Positions 32,741 to 43,676 of a DNA stretch of 64,000 nt are shown piece after piece. The stretch spans positions 96,001 through 160,000 of the forward strand of contig CAVVLJ010000021.1 of NCBI GenBank assembly GCA_963749075.1, read 5' to 3'. The stretch's first letter is position 1. Each line of letters begins with the position of its first letter. A program made the translations under genes and the position numbers. This DNA is from an uncultured Pseudomonadota bacterium. Its GTDB lineage: Bacteria; Pseudomonadota; Alphaproteobacteria; JACZXZ01. Below the pieces are notes generated by a model that saw only the letters and a program-made list of their open reading frames with translations, searched no databases and was not told the origin of the DNA.

Positions 32741-33106
32741 TTACGCCTCGGCCGGCCGGATCATGCGTCCGAGGTTCCTGCCGCCGAAGATGTGCACGTG
32801 AAAGTGCGGCACCTCCTGGTGGGCGTCGGCGCCGGTGTTGGCGAGGATGCGGTAGCCGCTCTCGGCTAAGCCGGCCTCGCGCGCGAGGCGGCCGACGGCG
32901 CGGAAGAGGGCGGCGATCTCGGCGTCCGACGCGCTCGCCGAGAAATCGTCCAGGCTCACGTAAGCGCCCTTGGGGATGACGAGGATGTGGGTGGGGGTCT
33001 GCGGCCGGATGTCGTGGAAGGCCAGCACGTGGGCGTCCTCATAGACCTTCTTGCACGGGATCTCGCCCTTGAGGATGCGCGCGAAGATGTTGTTGCTGTC
33101 GTACAT
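32741..33106 (-). CDS. HIT family nucleotide hydrolase
   Basis: NIFARIL, QEVPHFHVH. Confidence 0.93.
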   Translation of the reverse strand: MYDSNNIFARILKGEIPCKKVYEDAHVLAFHDIRPQTPTHILVIPKGAYVSLDDFSASASDAEIAALFRAVGRLAREAGLAESGYRILANTGADAHQEVPHFHVHIFGGRNLGRMIRPAEA

Positions 33107-33133
33107 GCCCTCTCCCTCTGCCCCTCCCGAGGC

Positions 33134-33472
33134 TCAGCCTCTGTCGGCGCGCGCGCGCTTCTCCTCGATGCCCGAAGTGCCCTCGCGGCGGGCGAGCTCG
33201 GCATAGACGTCCTCGGGCTTCAAGCCCATGGCCGACCACAGCACGAGGAGATGGTAGAGCACGTCCGCGCTCTCGTTCACCAGTTCGCCGGCCTTGCCCT
33301 CGACCGCCGCGATCACCGCCTCGACCGCCTCCTCGCCGAGCTTCTGGGCGATCTTGGGAATGCCGCGGTGGAAGAGGTGGGCGGTGCGCGAGACCGAGGG
33401 ATCGGCGCCCTTGCGGCTCTCGATGATGGCGAAGAGGCGCGCCAGGATGGCGCTGTCGCCGTCGTTGCTCAT
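33134..33472 (-). CDS. hisE: phosphoribosyl-ATP pyrophosphatase
   Basis: KLGEEAVE, ESADVLYHLLV. Confidence 0.95.
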   Translation of the reverse strand: MSNDGDSAILARLFAIIESRKGADPSVSRTAHLFHRGIPKIAQKLGEEAVEAVIAAVEGKAGELVNESADVLYHLLVLWSAMGLKPEDVYAELARREGTSGIEEKRARADRG

Positions 33473-33537
33473 GGCTCAGACTCCTTCCGGCCGAGGCCCC
33501 CCGGACGCTTCCTCCCTAGCAGATTTTTGCCGTCGGG

Positions 33538-34308
33538 TCACTGCTCTGGCACCGCGCGCACGGCGATGCCGTGCCGCGCGAGATACGCCTTGGCGGCGGC
33601 GAGCGTCGCCTCGCCGAAATGGAAGATCGAGGCGGCGAGGAGGGCCGAGGCATGGCCTTCCTTGACACCCGCCACCAGGTGATCGAGCGTGCCGACGCCG
33701 CCCGAGGCGATCACCGGCACGCTCACGCCGTCGGCGATGGCGCGCGTGAGCGCCAGATCGAAGCCCTGGCGCGTGCCGTCGCGGTCCATCGAGGTGAGCA
33801 GGATCTCGCCGGCGCCGTACTCGACCATGCGCTGCGCCCAGGCGAGCGCATCGAGGCCGGTCGCCCGCCGGCCGCCGTGGGTGAAGACCTCGAAGCGGCC
33901 GGCGGCCGTGCGCTTGGCGTCGATGGCGACGACGACGCACTGGCTGCCGAACTTCTCCGCCGCCTCGCGCACGAGCTCGGGCCGCTCGACGGCGGCGGTG
34001 TTGATCGAGGCCTTGTCGGCGCCGGCGAGGAGGAGCTTCCTGATATCCTCGGTGCTGCGCACGCCGCCGCCCACGGTGAGCGGCATGAAGCATTGCTCGG
34101 CGGTGGCGCTCACCACGTCGTAGAGCGTGTCGCGGTTCTCGTGGCTCGCGGTGATGTCGAGGAAGCAGAGCTCGTCGGCGCCGCCGCGGTCGTAGAGGCG
34201 CGCCTGCTCGACCGGATCGCCGGCATCGCGCAAGGAGACGAAGTTGATGCCCTTGACGGTGCGGCCGTCCTTCACGTCGAGGCAGGGGATGAGGCGGACC
34301 TTGAGCAT
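33538..34308 (-). CDS. hisF: imidazole glycerol phosphate synthase cyclase subunit
   Basis: [31 protein letters not shown]. Confidence 0.97.
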   Translation of the reverse strand: MLKVRLIPCLDVKDGRTVKGINFVSLRDAGDPVEQARLYDRGGADELCFLDITASHENRDTLYDVVSATAEQCFMPLTVGGGVRSTEDIRKLLLAGADKASINTAAVERPELVREAAEKFGSQCVVVAIDAKRTAAGRFEVFTHGGRRATGLDALAWAQRMVEYGAGEILLTSMDRDGTRQGFDLALTRAIADGVSVPVIASGGVGTLDHLVAGVKEGHASALLAASIFHFGEATLAAAKAYLARHGIAVRAVPEQ

Positions 34309-34325
34309 GGCTTTGGGCGTCCGGT

Positions 34326-35051
34326 CTAGGCGGCGAGCAGCGCCAGCGCCTCGGCAAGGTCGAGGCGGCCGTCGTAGAGCGCGCGGCCGGCTATGACGCC
34401 TGCGATGCCGTCGCTCTCGTGGGCCTTGAGCGCCTTAAGATCGGCGAGCGAGGCGACGCCGCCCGAGGCGATCACCGGCACGCTTGCTGCGCGCGCGAGC
34501 GCCGCCGTCGCCGCCACGTTGGGGCCGGCAAGCGCGCCGTCGCGCTCGATATCCGTATAGACGATCGCGGCGACGCCGGCATCGGCAAAGGCACAAGCGA
34601 GCTCGGCCGCACCCATCTCGGACGTTTCGGCCCAGCCGGCCACCGCCACCTTGCCGCCGCGCGCGTCGATGCCGACCGCGACGCGGCCGGGATAGGACTT
34701 GCAGGCCGCGCGCACGAAGGCCGGATCGCGCACCGCCGCGGTGCCCAGGATGACGCGCGCGACGCCCGCCGCGAGCCAGGCCTCGAGCGTCGCAATCTCG
34801 CGGATGCCGCCGCCGAGCTGGAGCGGGATTTTGACCGCCTGGAGGATGGCGCGCACGGCCTCCGCGTTCTTCGGCCGGCCGGCAAAGGCGCCGTCGAGAT
34901 CGACGACGTGGAGCCAGCGGCTGCCGGCCGCGGCGAAGGTGCTGGCCTGGGCCGCGGGATCGCGGTTGTACACCGTGGCGTCCGCCATGCGCCCCTGGAA
35001 GAGCCGCACGCAGGCGCCGTCCTTGAGATCGATGGCGGGGAAGAGGATCAC
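34326..35051 (-). CDS. hisA: ProFAR isomerase
   Basis: [30 protein letters not shown]. Confidence 0.96.
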   Translation of the reverse strand: MILFPAIDLKDGACVRLFQGRMADATVYNRDPAAQASTFAAAGSRWLHVVDLDGAFAGRPKNAEAVRAILQAVKIPLQLGGGIREIATLEAWLAAGVARVILGTAAVRDPAFVRAACKSYPGRVAVGIDARGGKVAVAGWAETSEMGAAELACAFADAGVAAIVYTDIERDGALAGPNVAATAALARAASVPVIASGGVASLADLKALKAHESDGIAGVIAGRALYDGRLDLAEALALLAA

Positions 35052-35692
35052 GGCCGCCAGGTGAGGAAGTTGGCGATGAGCCTGAGGCCCGCCTCCTGGC
35101 TCTTGTCCGGGTGGAACTGGGTGCCGGCCATGTTGTCGCGGCCGATCACCGCCGGAAGCATGCCGCCGTAGTCGGCGCGCGCCAGCACGTCGCCCGCCTC
35201 GGCGCCGGTGATGGCGTAGCTGTGCACGAAATAAACGTCGGTGCCGGTCGCGAGGCCGGCGAGGAGCGGATGCTCGGCGCGGTCGATCACGAGATCGTTC
35301 CACCCCATGTGCGGGATCTTGAGCGAGGGATCGCGGGGCGCCATGCGCGTGACCTCGCCCTTGAGCCAGCCGAAGCCGTCGTGCACGCCGTGCTCGCGCC
35401 CGCGGCTCACCATGAGCTGCATGCCGACGCAGATGCCGAGGAACGGCCGGCCCTTTTGCACCACCGCCTCCTCGAGCGCCTGCCAGAGGCCCGGCACGCG
35501 GCGCACGCCGGCAGCACACTCGCCGAAAGCGCCCTGACCCGGCAGCACGATGCGCGCGGCCGCGAGCACGGCCTCGGCATCGGAGACGACGCGCACGGCG
35601 GGCCGCGGGTTAAGCGCCGACGCCGCGCGCTCGACCGCCTTGGCGGCGGAGCGCAGGTTGCCGGAGCCGTAATCGATGACGGCAACGTCCAT
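35048..35692 (-). CDS. hisH: imidazole glycerol phosphate synthase glutaminase subunit
   Basis: [30 protein letters not shown]. Confidence 0.96.
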   Translation of the reverse strand: MDVAVIDYGSGNLRSAAKAVERAASALNPRPAVRVVSDAEAVLAAARIVLPGQGAFGECAAGVRRVPGLWQALEEAVVQKGRPFLGICVGMQLMVSRGREHGVHDGFGWLKGEVTRMAPRDPSLKIPHMGWNDLVIDRAEHPLLAGLATGTDVYFVHSYAITGAEAGDVLARADYGGMLPAVIGRDNMAGTQFHPDKSQEAGLRLIANFLTWRP

Positions 35693-35700
35693 CGTGCCGG

Positions 35701-36288
35701 CTAGAGCCGCCCCTTGGTCGAGGGCACGGCATCGGCCTGGCGCGGGTCGATGGTCACGGCCTCGCGCAGCGCGCGCGCCAGGCCCTTGAAGCACGACTCG
35801 ACGATGTGATGGCTGTTGTCGCCGTAGAGGTTCTCGATATGGAGGGTGACGCCGGCGTGCTGCGCGAAGGCCTGGAACCACTCCTTGAAGAGCTCGGTGT
35901 CGAAGTCGCCGAGCTTCTGGCGCGTGAAGGCCACCTTCCAGATGAGATAGGGCCGGTTGGAGGCATCGAGCGCCACGCGGGTGAGCGTCTCGTCCATGGG
36001 GATGAGCGCCGAGCCGTAGCGCTTGATGCCCTTGCGCTCGCCGAGCGCCTGGGCCACCGCCTGGCCGATGACGATGCCGGTATCCTCGGTCGTGTGGTGG
36101 TAGTCGATGTGGAGGTCGCCCTTGGCGGCGAGCTTGAGGTCGATCAGGCTGTGGCGGGAGAGCTGCTCGAGCATGTGGTCGAGGAAGCCGATCCCGCTCT
36201 TCACCTCGTAGCGGCCGCTGCCGTCGAGATCGACGGTGACCGCGATCTCGGTCTCGCGCGTCTTGCGCTCGATGGTCGCCTGGCGCAT
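35701..36288 (-). CDS. hisB: imidazoleglycerol-phosphate dehydratase
   Basis: [22 protein letters not shown]. Confidence 0.96.
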   Translation of the reverse strand: MRQATIERKTRETEIAVTVDLDGSGRYEVKSGIGFLDHMLEQLSRHSLIDLKLAAKGDLHIDYHHTTEDTGIVIGQAVAQALGERKGIKRYGSALIPMDETLTRVALDASNRPYLIWKVAFTRQKLGDFDTELFKEWFQAFAQHAGVTLHIENLYGDNSHHIVESCFKGLARALREAVTIDPRQADAVPSTKGRL

Positions 36289-36439
36289 GGCCCGCTCCTT
36301 GAGCCCCCTAGCTGGAGATGGGCGCCCTTGTAGCAGGAAGCTCGGCACCATGCCAGCCGCCGTGCTGGCTCACGCCCACGTAAGGTTTGACGCCAGGCCG
36401 CGGAATCGGTTAAGGCAAAAAGGGGCTTTGAAGGGGAGG

Positions 36440-37255
36440 ATGGCCATGGCCGAGCGCCGCTACGCGCCCGGTGACGTGATCTACCAGGAGGGCGACAAGA
36501 GCGATTTCGCCTATTTCATCCGCCGCGGGCGGGTCGAGATCCTCAAGAACGAGGGCGGCCGGCACAACCAGATCACCGTCCTCGGCGAGGGCGAGGTCTT
36601 CGGCGAGATGGGCGTCATCCTCGACCAGCGCCGCTCGGTGACGGCACGGGCGCTCGACCGCGTGGACGTGCGCGCCATCAGCCGCGCGAGCTTCCTCCAT
36701 GCCGTCAACCAGCAGCCCGACATGGCGCGGCCGGTCCTGAAGACGCTGCTCTCGCGCCTCCACGCCGAGGAGGAGGAGCAGGGCGCCACGGTGACGTCTC
36801 TCGCCGGTGCCGAGGACGGCGAGGAGAGCGAGGCGGGCGAGGCGGACGGCGGGGACCCCCCGGCGGCACCGCGCGGCGGCCGCATCCGCCTCCTGCCGGG
36901 GAGCGAATATCTCGAGCAGCTCATGCGCTCGGGTGGCGTCGACGTGACCGAGCTTCCCTTCCGCGTCGGGCGCAACTCGGTCAAGGGCGAGCCGCCGCCG
37001 ACCGAGGACAACGACCTCACCTTCGAGGATTTCAAGCCCTTCAACCTCTCGCGCCGCCACTTCGCCATCGAGCAGAGCCGCCGCGGCCTCATCGTGCGCG
37101 ACTGCGGCAGCCACCTGGGCACGGTGGTGAACGGCGTGCGCATCGGCGGCAAGGCGGGCGTCAACGTCGCCATCCTGCAAGGCGGCGACAACGAGATCGT
37201 CGCCGGCACCGACAAATCGCCCTACCGCTTCATGGTGCAAATCGTGGCCGAGTGA
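36440..37255 (+). CDS. cyclic-nucleotide-binding + FHA domain protein
   Basis: GEVFGEM..RSVTA cNMP motif; [25 protein letters not shown] motif. Confidence 0.82.
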   Translation: MAMAERRYAPGDVIYQEGDKSDFAYFIRRGRVEILKNEGGRHNQITVLGEGEVFGEMGVILDQRRSVTARALDRVDVRAISRASFLHAVNQQPDMARPVLKTLLSRLHAEEEEQGATVTSLAGAEDGEESEAGEADGGDPPAAPRGGRIRLLPGSEYLEQLMRSGGVDVTELPFRVGRNSVKGEPPPTEDNDLTFEDFKPFNLSRRHFAIEQSRRGLIVRDCGSHLGTVVNGVRIGGKAGVNVAILQGGDNEIVAGTDKSPYRFMVQIVAE

Positions 37256-37369
37256 GCCCCGCCGGCGCGCGCGGCCCGGCCCTTGACCCGCGGGCCGTGC
37301 TTGCCCAAATGAGAGCGGCTGCCCCGCCGGATCTCCCGCTACCGGCATCCCCTACGCAATCGAGGACCC

Positions 37370-37918
37370 ATGGCCGAAGACACGAACAGCCTATGGCACG
37401 GCACGACCATCCTTTGCGTGCGCAAGGGCGGCCGCGTGGTGATCGCCGGCGACGGCCAGGTGAGCTTCGGCCAGACGGTGATCAAGTCGAACGCGCGCAA
37501 GGTGCGCCGCCTGGGCGATGGCTCGGTGATCGGCGGCTTCGCCGGCGCCACGGCCGACGCCTTCACGCTCTTCGAGCGGCTCGAGGGCAAGCTCGAGAAG
37601 CATCCCAAGCAGCTCACCCGCGCCTGCGTCGAGCTCGCCAAGGACTGGCGCACGGACCGCTACCTGCGCCGGCTCGAGGCCATGATGGCGGTGGCCGACG
37701 CCAACGCCTCGCTCATCCTCTCGGGCAACGGCGACGTGCTCGAGCCCGAGGACGGTCTCATCGGCATCGGCTCGGGCGGGCCCTATGCGCTCGCAGCTGC
37801 CCGCGCGCTGATCGCCCGCGACGACATGGATGCCGAGACCATCGCGCGGCGTTCAATCGAGATCGCCGCCGGCATCTGCATCTACACCAACACCAACATC
37901 GTGATCGAGGCCCTATGA
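37370..37918 (+). CDS. hslV: HslV protease
   Basis: [23 protein letters not shown]. Confidence 0.97.
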   Translation: MAEDTNSLWHGTTILCVRKGGRVVIAGDGQVSFGQTVIKSNARKVRRLGDGSVIGGFAGATADAFTLFERLEGKLEKHPKQLTRACVELAKDWRTDRYLRRLEAMMAVADANASLILSGNGDVLEPEDGLIGIGSGGPYALAAARALIARDDMDAETIARRSIEIAAGICIYTNTNIVIEAL

Positions 37919-39252
37919 ACCGGCCGCTCCCCGCCTCCCAGAGTGCCAGCCTGACCCCGCGCGAGATCGTCTCCGAGCTCGACCGCTACATCGTGGGCCA
38001 GGGCGATGCCAAACGCGCCGTCGCGATTGCGCTGCGCAACCGCTGGCGCCGCCAGCAGCTCCCCGAAGAGCTGCGCGAGGAGGTGCAGCCCAAGAACATC
38101 CTGATGATCGGGCCGACCGGCTGCGGCAAGACCGAGATCGCGCGGCGCCTGGCGCGCCTCGCCCAGGCGCCCTTCCTCAAGGTCGAGGCGACCAAGTTCA
38201 CCGAGATCGGCTACGTCGGCCGCGACGTGGAATCGATCATGCGCGACCTCGTCGAGATCTCGATCGCCCAGACGCGCGAGCGCAGGCGCAAGGAAGTGGC
38301 GGCGCGCGCCGAGCTCGCCGCCGAGGAGCGCGTGCTCGACGCCCTCGTGGGCCAGACCGCCGGCCAGGACACGCGCCAGAAATTCCGCAAGATGCTGCGC
38401 GAGGGCCAGCTCGACGACAAGGAGATCGAGGTCCAGGTGCAGGGCCAGGCGGGAGGTGCGATGCCGACCTTCGAGATCCCGGGCATGCCGGGCGCGCAGA
38501 TGGGCATGATCAACCTCAACGAGGTGCTCGGCAAGGCGTTCGGCGGGCAGACGCGGCCGCGCCGCATGAAGGTCAGCGAATCCCACGAGGTGCTGATGGC
38601 CGAGGAGAGCGACAAGCTCCTCGACCAGGAGAAGCTGGTGCGCGAGGCGATCCAGGCCGCCGAGCAGAACGGCATCGTCTTCCTCGACGAGATCGACAAG
38701 ATCACCGCGCGCTCCGAGCGCATGGGCGCCGACGTGAGCCGCGAGGGCGTGCAGCGCGACCTCCTGCCCCTCATCGAGGGCACCACGGTCGCGACCAAGC
38801 ACGGTGCCGTGAAGAGCGACCACGTGCTCTTCATCGCGTCCGGCTCCTTCCATCTCGCCAAGCCCTCGGACCTCCTGCCCGAGCTGCAGGGCCGCCTGCC
38901 CATCCGCGTCGAGCTCAAGGCGCTCGACCGCAACGACTTCATCCGCATCCTCACGGAGCCGGAGAACAGCCTCATCAAGCAGTACAAGGCGCTTCTCGCG
39001 ACCGAGGAGGTCACCCTCGACTTCAGCGAGGACGCCATCGCGGCGATCGCCGACCTCGCGGCCGAGGTCAACCGCGGCGTCGAGGACATCGGCGCGCGCC
39101 GTCTCCATACCGTGATGGAGCGCTTGCTCGACGAGATCAGCTTCGCCGCGACCGACCTGCCGGGGCAGGCCATCGCCATCGACGCCGCCTATGTGCAGAA
39201 GCACGTGGGCGATCTCGCCAAGAACGCCGACCTCTCGAAGTTCATCCTTTAG
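37915..39252 (+). CDS. hslU: HslU ATPase
   Basis: [31 protein letters not shown]. Confidence 0.97.
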   Translation: MNRPLPASQSASLTPREIVSELDRYIVGQGDAKRAVAIALRNRWRRQQLPEELREEVQPKNILMIGPTGCGKTEIARRLARLAQAPFLKVEATKFTEIGYVGRDVESIMRDLVEISIAQTRERRRKEVAARAELAAEERVLDALVGQTAGQDTRQKFRKMLREGQLDDKEIEVQVQGQAGGAMPTFEIPGMPGAQMGMINLNEVLGKAFGGQTRPRRMKVSESHEVLMAEESDKLLDQEKLVREAIQAAEQNGIVFLDEIDKITARSERMGADVSREGVQRDLLPLIEGTTVATKHGAVKSDHVLFIASGSFHLAKPSDLLPELQGRLPIRVELKALDRNDFIRILTEPENSLIKQYKALLATEEVTLDFSEDAIAAIADLAAEVNRGVEDIGARRLHTVMERLLDEISFAATDLPGQAIAIDAAYVQKHVGDLAKNADLSKFIL

Positions 39253-39595
39253 GGCGTTTCGCCTTAGGGCGCTTCGCCTTAGGGCGCTTCGCCTCTGGCG
39301 CCGCAGCCGCGAGCGGCCGCGCGCGCGTCACGTCGAGCGGGTGATCGATGAGCGGCTCCACGCGCCCGATGAAGTGCTGCGTATGGGGCAGGCCCGCGTG
39401 AAGCTCGAATGCGGCTTCGCTTTTCCAGCGCGAATGGACGTAGAAGAGCCGCGGGTCCCGGGTCGAGCGGAAAGCTGCGAAGCCGAGGCAGCCGGCTTCC
39501 GCGCCCGTCGGGCCGGCGACATCGCGCAGCGCCGCCTTAAGCGCGCTCTCGGCACCCTCGCGGGCATGAAACCGTCCGAAGATGAAGAGCTCCAC
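39242..39595 (-). CDS. antibiotic biosynthesis monooxygenase (ABM) family protein
   Basis: EAGCL.F..RS..DP..F..W..EAAF..H. Confidence 0.8.
   Translation of the reverse strand: MELFIFGRFHAREGAESALKAALRDVAGPTGAEAGCLGFAAFRSTRDPRLFYVHSRWKSEAAFELHAGLPHTQHFIGRVEPLIDHPLDVTRARPLAAAAPEAKRPKAKRPKAKRPKG
39249..39293. repeat. 3 x 15-bp tandem repeat
   Basis: TTAGGGCGYTTCGCC x3, encoding AKRPK repeats at the ABM C-terminus. Confidence 0.9.
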
Positions 39596-39696
39596 CAGTC
39601 CCTCCCTCGCCTCGGCGCCGCAGCGTCTTCCGCCCGTCGGCGCCGCCCATTCTCATCGTCATTGACAAAAATTTCGAGCTATTCGTTGATGTCGCC

Positions 39697-40929
39697 ATGG
39701 CGCAGGCTCGATCGACGGCGGGCGAAGCGGCCCCCTCGCGCATCGCGGCGCTGATTGCGGCGCGGGAGCCCGGACGCGGCCTCGCCGGCGCCTTCTATGA
39801 TGACCCCGAGATCTACGAGCGCGACCTCGCGCGCATCTTCCACCGCCACTGGCTCTGCGCCGGCCATGCCAGCGCTGCCGCGGCACCGGGCGACTATTTC
39901 CTCGCCAACGCCGGCGGCGAGGAGATCATCGTCGCCCGCGGCCGCGACGGCGAGCTCAATGCGCTTCTCAACGTCTGCCGCCACCGCGGCTCGCGCATTT
40001 GCAGCGTGCCGGCCGGTCATGCCGACTTCTTCGTCTGCCCCTACCACGCCTGGAGCTACGCGCTCGACGGCAGCCTCGCGGCGGCGCGGCACATGCCGCA
40101 AGGCTTCGATAGGACCGCGCACGGGCTCAAGCGGCTGCATCTCCGCGTGGCCGAGGGGCTCGTCTTCGTCTCCTTCGCAAGCACGCCGCTCGATTTCACG
40201 CCGGTTGCCGGCGCGCTCAGCGGTTCCTGCGGGCGCTACGGCTGGGCTGCGGCCAAGGTGGCGCACCGCGAGCGCTACGCCATCGCGGCCAACTGGAAGC
40301 TCGCCGTCGAGAACTATGTGGAATGCTACCATTGCAGCCCGGCGCATCCCGAGTATTCGCGCCTGCATGCCCTCGAGCAGCCGCTGCCGCGCATCGCCGC
40401 CCTCAATGCGCGCATGGCCGAGCGCACCGCGGCACTCGGCATCGCGGTGGCGGAGTGCCACCAGTGGCGCACCTCCGAGCGTGGCGCCGAGGCGATCGAC
40501 TGCTTCCGCTATGCGCTCTACGAAGGTGTCGCGACCGGCAGCCCCGACGGCCGGCCGGTGGCACCGCTCATGGGCGATTTCACCGGCTATGACGGGGGTG
40601 TGACCTCCGTGCACGTCGGAGGTGCGAGCTTCCTCCTCGCCTATCCCGATCACGGCGTCGTCTACCGCTTTGCGCCCAAGGGGCCGGATGCCGTTGAGAT
40701 GGAGCTCGTCTGGCTCGTGCGCGGCGATGCCCGGGAAGGCGTCGATTACGACAAGGAGCGCCTCGTCTGGCTCTGGCAGGTGACGAGCGAGGCGGACAAG
40801 CGCATCATCGAGCGCACGGCCGAGGGCGTACGCTCGCGCTTCTTCGAGCCGGGTCCGCTGGCACCCATGGAATACAACGAGCGCCGCTACATCGAGTGGT
40901 ATCTCGCGGAGATTTCCGGTCTTATGTAG
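39697..40929 (+). CDS. Rieske non-heme iron oxygenase alpha subunit (GbcA/choline monooxygenase-like)
   Basis: CRHRG..CPYHAW, ANWK..ENYVECYHC..HPE. Confidence 0.9.
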   Translation: MAQARSTAGEAAPSRIAALIAAREPGRGLAGAFYDDPEIYERDLARIFHRHWLCAGHASAAAAPGDYFLANAGGEEIIVARGRDGELNALLNVCRHRGSRICSVPAGHADFFVCPYHAWSYALDGSLAAARHMPQGFDRTAHGLKRLHLRVAEGLVFVSFASTPLDFTPVAGALSGSCGRYGWAAAKVAHRERYAIAANWKLAVENYVECYHCSPAHPEYSRLHALEQPLPRIAALNARMAERTAALGIAVAECHQWRTSERGAEAIDCFRYALYEGVATGSPDGRPVAPLMGDFTGYDGGVTSVHVGGASFLLAYPDHGVVYRFAPKGPDAVEMELVWLVRGDAREGVDYDKERLVWLWQVTSEADKRIIERTAEGVRSRFFEPGPLAPMEYNERRYIEWYLAEISGLM

Positions 40930-41069
40930 CTGACGCACCGATTGACGGCTAATTATTGCGTATAACAAGAAAAACCCGCAATAAAACTGATAAATCCTTG
41001 AAGTAGCCAAAATTCGATCCCTTAATAATCCAGTCATCAAGCATTTTCCTTAAGCACAGGAGCGCTTGA

Positions 41070-41261
41070 ATGACTGACCTAGACCCCGATCTGGCATCCG
41101 CCTTCTGCGACGCTCATTTTGAGGGATCGGCAAAGAAGGTGATGCAGGGCGCCCTGCGCACGTTCATCAAGGATCAACTATCTAGGGATTTGGCGACGAA
41201 AGAGCGATCCGACGAGCTTCAGAAAAAGCGGAATGGCGGGAAGCCAGACGGCTCGAATTGA
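41070..41261 (+). CDS. small RHH-like protein, homologue of 8896-9216
   Basis: AGGAG RBS; LA..FCDAH..ALRTFI..L..KER.DE..KKR.G. Confidence 0.6.
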   Translation: MTDLDPDLASAFCDAHFEGSAKKVMQGALRTFIKDQLSRDLATKERSDELQKKRNGGKPDGSN

Positions 41262-41512
41262 CGGTATTCGGGCACAAATGGGACCAATCCCGAGTCGCAA
41301 TCATGCTCCTGTGTGGCAGTGCCACGATCATCGGCGAACGTGTTACGGGCGTCCTGCCTGTGCCAGGCCCTTAGGAAGGCAGCCGCTAAGCGATTCAAAC
41401 GACTCGGTTTTGTTATAGAAGGCGTCTACACTGCATCGAGTCGCTTGCCCGCTTGAGGCAGAGCGCTAATTCCTCTTGCTCCTTTGATTCCGAGAGAGTA
41501 GAGAGTTGTGTA

Positions 41513-41527
41513 TCAATATCTTGTGGT
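41513..41527. promoter_or_regulatory. NrdR-box-like palindrome upstream of pyrE
   Basis: TCAATATCTTGTGGT. Confidence 0.5.
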
Positions 41528-41608
41528 TGGGATGGGCTCCACCGCATACCCCTGGGCGACCTCGTCACGATTAGTCAGGCCTTGGGTATAAAACCTAGGG
41601 AAACGCAC

Positions 41609-42190
41609 ATGGCTCAGGTCGCCAGTAAGCCCGCTCGATTCGATCAGGACGGCCGCCGTGAGCGTCTGCGTCATATCATCGCAGATATGTGCTTCACGAC
41701 GGGGCCGACATTCCGGCTCGCCTCGGGAAGGGAAAGCAATTTCTATTTCAATCTTAAAAAGGCGATGCTCGACCCCGAGGGGATTGAGTTGTTGGCTGAT
41801 CTCATATTGGAAGAGACCGCTGGCATTCGTGCCGACTATGTGGGCGGTCTCGCAATGGGGGCAGTCCCGGTCGTCGTCGCGGTAGTTATGAAAAGCCGCG
41901 GAGGAAACCGGCCGCTGAGAGGGTTCTGGGTTCGCAAAGAGGCCAAGGGCCACGGGACTAACGACTTGACGGACGGCCATATCGTTGACGGCTCGCGAGT
42001 TATCATCGTTGATGACGTGACGACCACGGGCGGCTCTATCAAGCAGGCGATAGAGGAGGTCAAAAGGCATAACTGCGAAATCGCCGCTGTCATAACGATC
42101 GTTGATCGATTGGAGGGCGCTAAGGAAGCCCTTGCTAAGGATGGCGTCGAGCTTATTGCGCTGTATGATACGAACGATTTCCTCCCCTAA
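41609..42190 (+). CDS. pyrE: orotate phosphoribosyltransferase-like protein
   Basis: FRLASGRESNFYF, GGLAMGAVP, VRKEAKGHGT, IVDDVTTTGGS, IVDR. Confidence 0.88.
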   Translation: MAQVASKPARFDQDGRRERLRHIIADMCFTTGPTFRLASGRESNFYFNLKKAMLDPEGIELLADLILEETAGIRADYVGGLAMGAVPVVVAVVMKSRGGNRPLRGFWVRKEAKGHGTNDLTDGHIVDGSRVIIVDDVTTTGGSIKQAIEEVKRHNCEIAAVITIVDRLEGAKEALAKDGVELIALYDTNDFLP

Positions 42191-42244
42191 AGGTTCACCA
42201 GAGTTTGCGGGTTCCCCCTTAAAGGGAAACGGTGACTCGTGGGG

Positions 42245-42508
42245 ATGCATAGCGACGAGATCGCGGCAATAGCAACATTCGCCCTAGAGCACTCCACCGC
42301 TTATCCTGTCCTGTCCCTCGTGCTCCTCACCGTCGTTGATCGTATCGAAAACGAATACGACGGCGGCGCTATAACAGAAGATCGAGCGGCACAGCTTGAT
42401 GAGCTTGAACCGTTGATCCGAGCTGCCATGACAGCGCCCGGTGACTTTGCGAAGTTACAAACGATTTGCAGAAAATTTATGACGGTATTCGATATTGGCG
42501 CGCACTGA
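42245..42508 (+). CDS. hypothetical protein
   Basis: ~87-aa helical-looking ORF co-oriented with pyrE. Confidence 0.45.
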   Translation: MHSDEIAAIATFALEHSTAYPVLSLVLLTVVDRIENEYDGGAITEDRAAQLDELEPLIRAAMTAPGDFAKLQTICRKFMTVFDIGAH

Positions 42509-42716
42509 GGATCCGATTCTGGACCCCGGCTAGGTGCAAGACACCCACTCCGATGCCAAGGCCGGTCCCAATGAGAAACAGAATAATGGTGAGGTCGTCG
42601 CCTTGTGGCATAGCGCTACCCCCTGAGCACGCCCCTTTTGTATAGCAGGAAATGATACCGAGAATGGTGAGTCAGCTACATAAGGCCGGAAATTTCCTGA
42701 GCGCTCCCGCGTCCGC

Positions 42717-43088
42717 TCATCGCCGCTTTTTCCCTCCCGCCGGCTTCAAGTGCCTGACGAGCTCCGCGACCGTCGCCTCGGGGAGCGCGCGGATGCGCTC
42801 GGCGAGGAGATTGGCGAGCTCGGTCTTGGCGGGCGAGAGCCCGGCGGTATCGACCGTGACGCGCGGATGGGAGAGGCGGGCGAGGCCCCTCAGCTCCTCG
42901 GCATCGTCCCAATAGAGGCCGAAATAGTCGCAGATCTGGTGCACCAGGCCGTTGGCCGGCCGCCCGCGCCGGCCGTGCTCGAGGGCGGAGAGGTAGGCGG
43001 CGGAGAGCTCGAGGGAGGCCGCCATGTCGCGGAGCGTGACACCGCGCGCGAGGCGCAGCGCCCGCACCCGCTCGCCGAAGGGCGTCAT
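42717..43088 (-). CDS. XRE-family HTH protein
   Basis: MTPFG..LR..RG..MA..L..SAAYLSALEHG. Confidence 0.88.
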   Translation of the reverse strand: MTPFGERVRALRLARGVTLRDMAASLELSAAYLSALEHGRRGRPANGLVHQICDYFGLYWDDAEELRGLARLSHPRVTVDTAGLSPAKTELANLLAERIRALPEATVAELVRHLKPAGGKKRR

Positions 43089-43103
43089 GGCTCGCCCACT
43101 ACC

Positions 43104-43676
43104 TCAGCGCTGGCGGCGCAGCAGGAGATAGAGCGCGCCCGACCCGCCGTCCCTGGGCCTGGCGGCGGCAAAGGCGAGGAGGCGGGAGCGCAAGGGGGCA
43201 CCGTTGAGCCAGCGCGGCACCGCCGCGCGCAAGATGCCCTCGCCTTCTCCGCTCCGCCCCTTGCCGGTGATCACGAGAAGGGCGCGGCAGCGCCGCCGCC
43301 AGGCCTCTTCGACGAAGGCGATGAGTGCCCGGTGCGCCTCCTCCTGGGTATGGCCGTGGAGGTCGAGCCGCGCCTCGATGGCGAGCTCGCCCTGCCGCAG
43401 CCGCTCGGCCGTGCGCTTGTCGAGGCCCGGGGCGGCATCGCGGGAGAGCTCGGGCAGCGGCTGGGGCGCCGGCAGCGTGGCCGAGCGCGGTGCCGGCGGC
43501 GCTTGGGCCGGCGCCAGCACCGCCTGGCGCTCGCGGCCGGCCGCGGGCGGGGGCGGCGGCCGCTCCCCGCGCCGGGAGAGCGGCTTGGCGTCGCGCGTGA
43601 CATGGGCCCAGAGGGCGTCGTCGTCGCCCTCGCGGCCGGGCGCGTGCGGCTCAGGCTTCGCCTTGGCCATCGCCAC
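43104..43676 (-). CDS. Smr/MutS2 domain protein
   Basis: RLDLHG, LVITGKG, GGSGALY. Confidence 0.92.
   Translation of the reverse strand: MAMAKAKPEPHAPGREGDDDALWAHVTRDAKPLSRRGERPPPPPAAGRERQAVLAPAQAPPAPRSATLPAPQPLPELSRDAAPGLDKRTAERLRQGELAIEARLDLHGHTQEEAHRALIAFVEEAWRRRCRALLVITGKGRSGEGEGILRAAVPRWLNGAPLRSRLLAFAAARPRDGGSGALYLLLRRQR

Larger units (their letters stand above)
40917..42688. mobile_element. non-autonomous IS1595-family (ISNha5-like) cassette with passenger genes
   Basis: 23-bp TIRs CGGYCTTATGTAGCTGACKCACC (21/23 identical); flanking 8-mers GAGATTTC (40909-40916) and GAAATTTC (42689-42696); interior GC lower than flanks; no transposase ORF. Confidence 0.8.

Noticed and set aside
40905-40932. 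dif/pdif-like XerCD site or invertible segment, suggested by TTATGTA and a 32-bp apparent inverted repeat
   Set aside because: No matching inverted XerC arm; better explained as 23-bp IS1595-type TIRs plus a palindromic 8-bp target duplication
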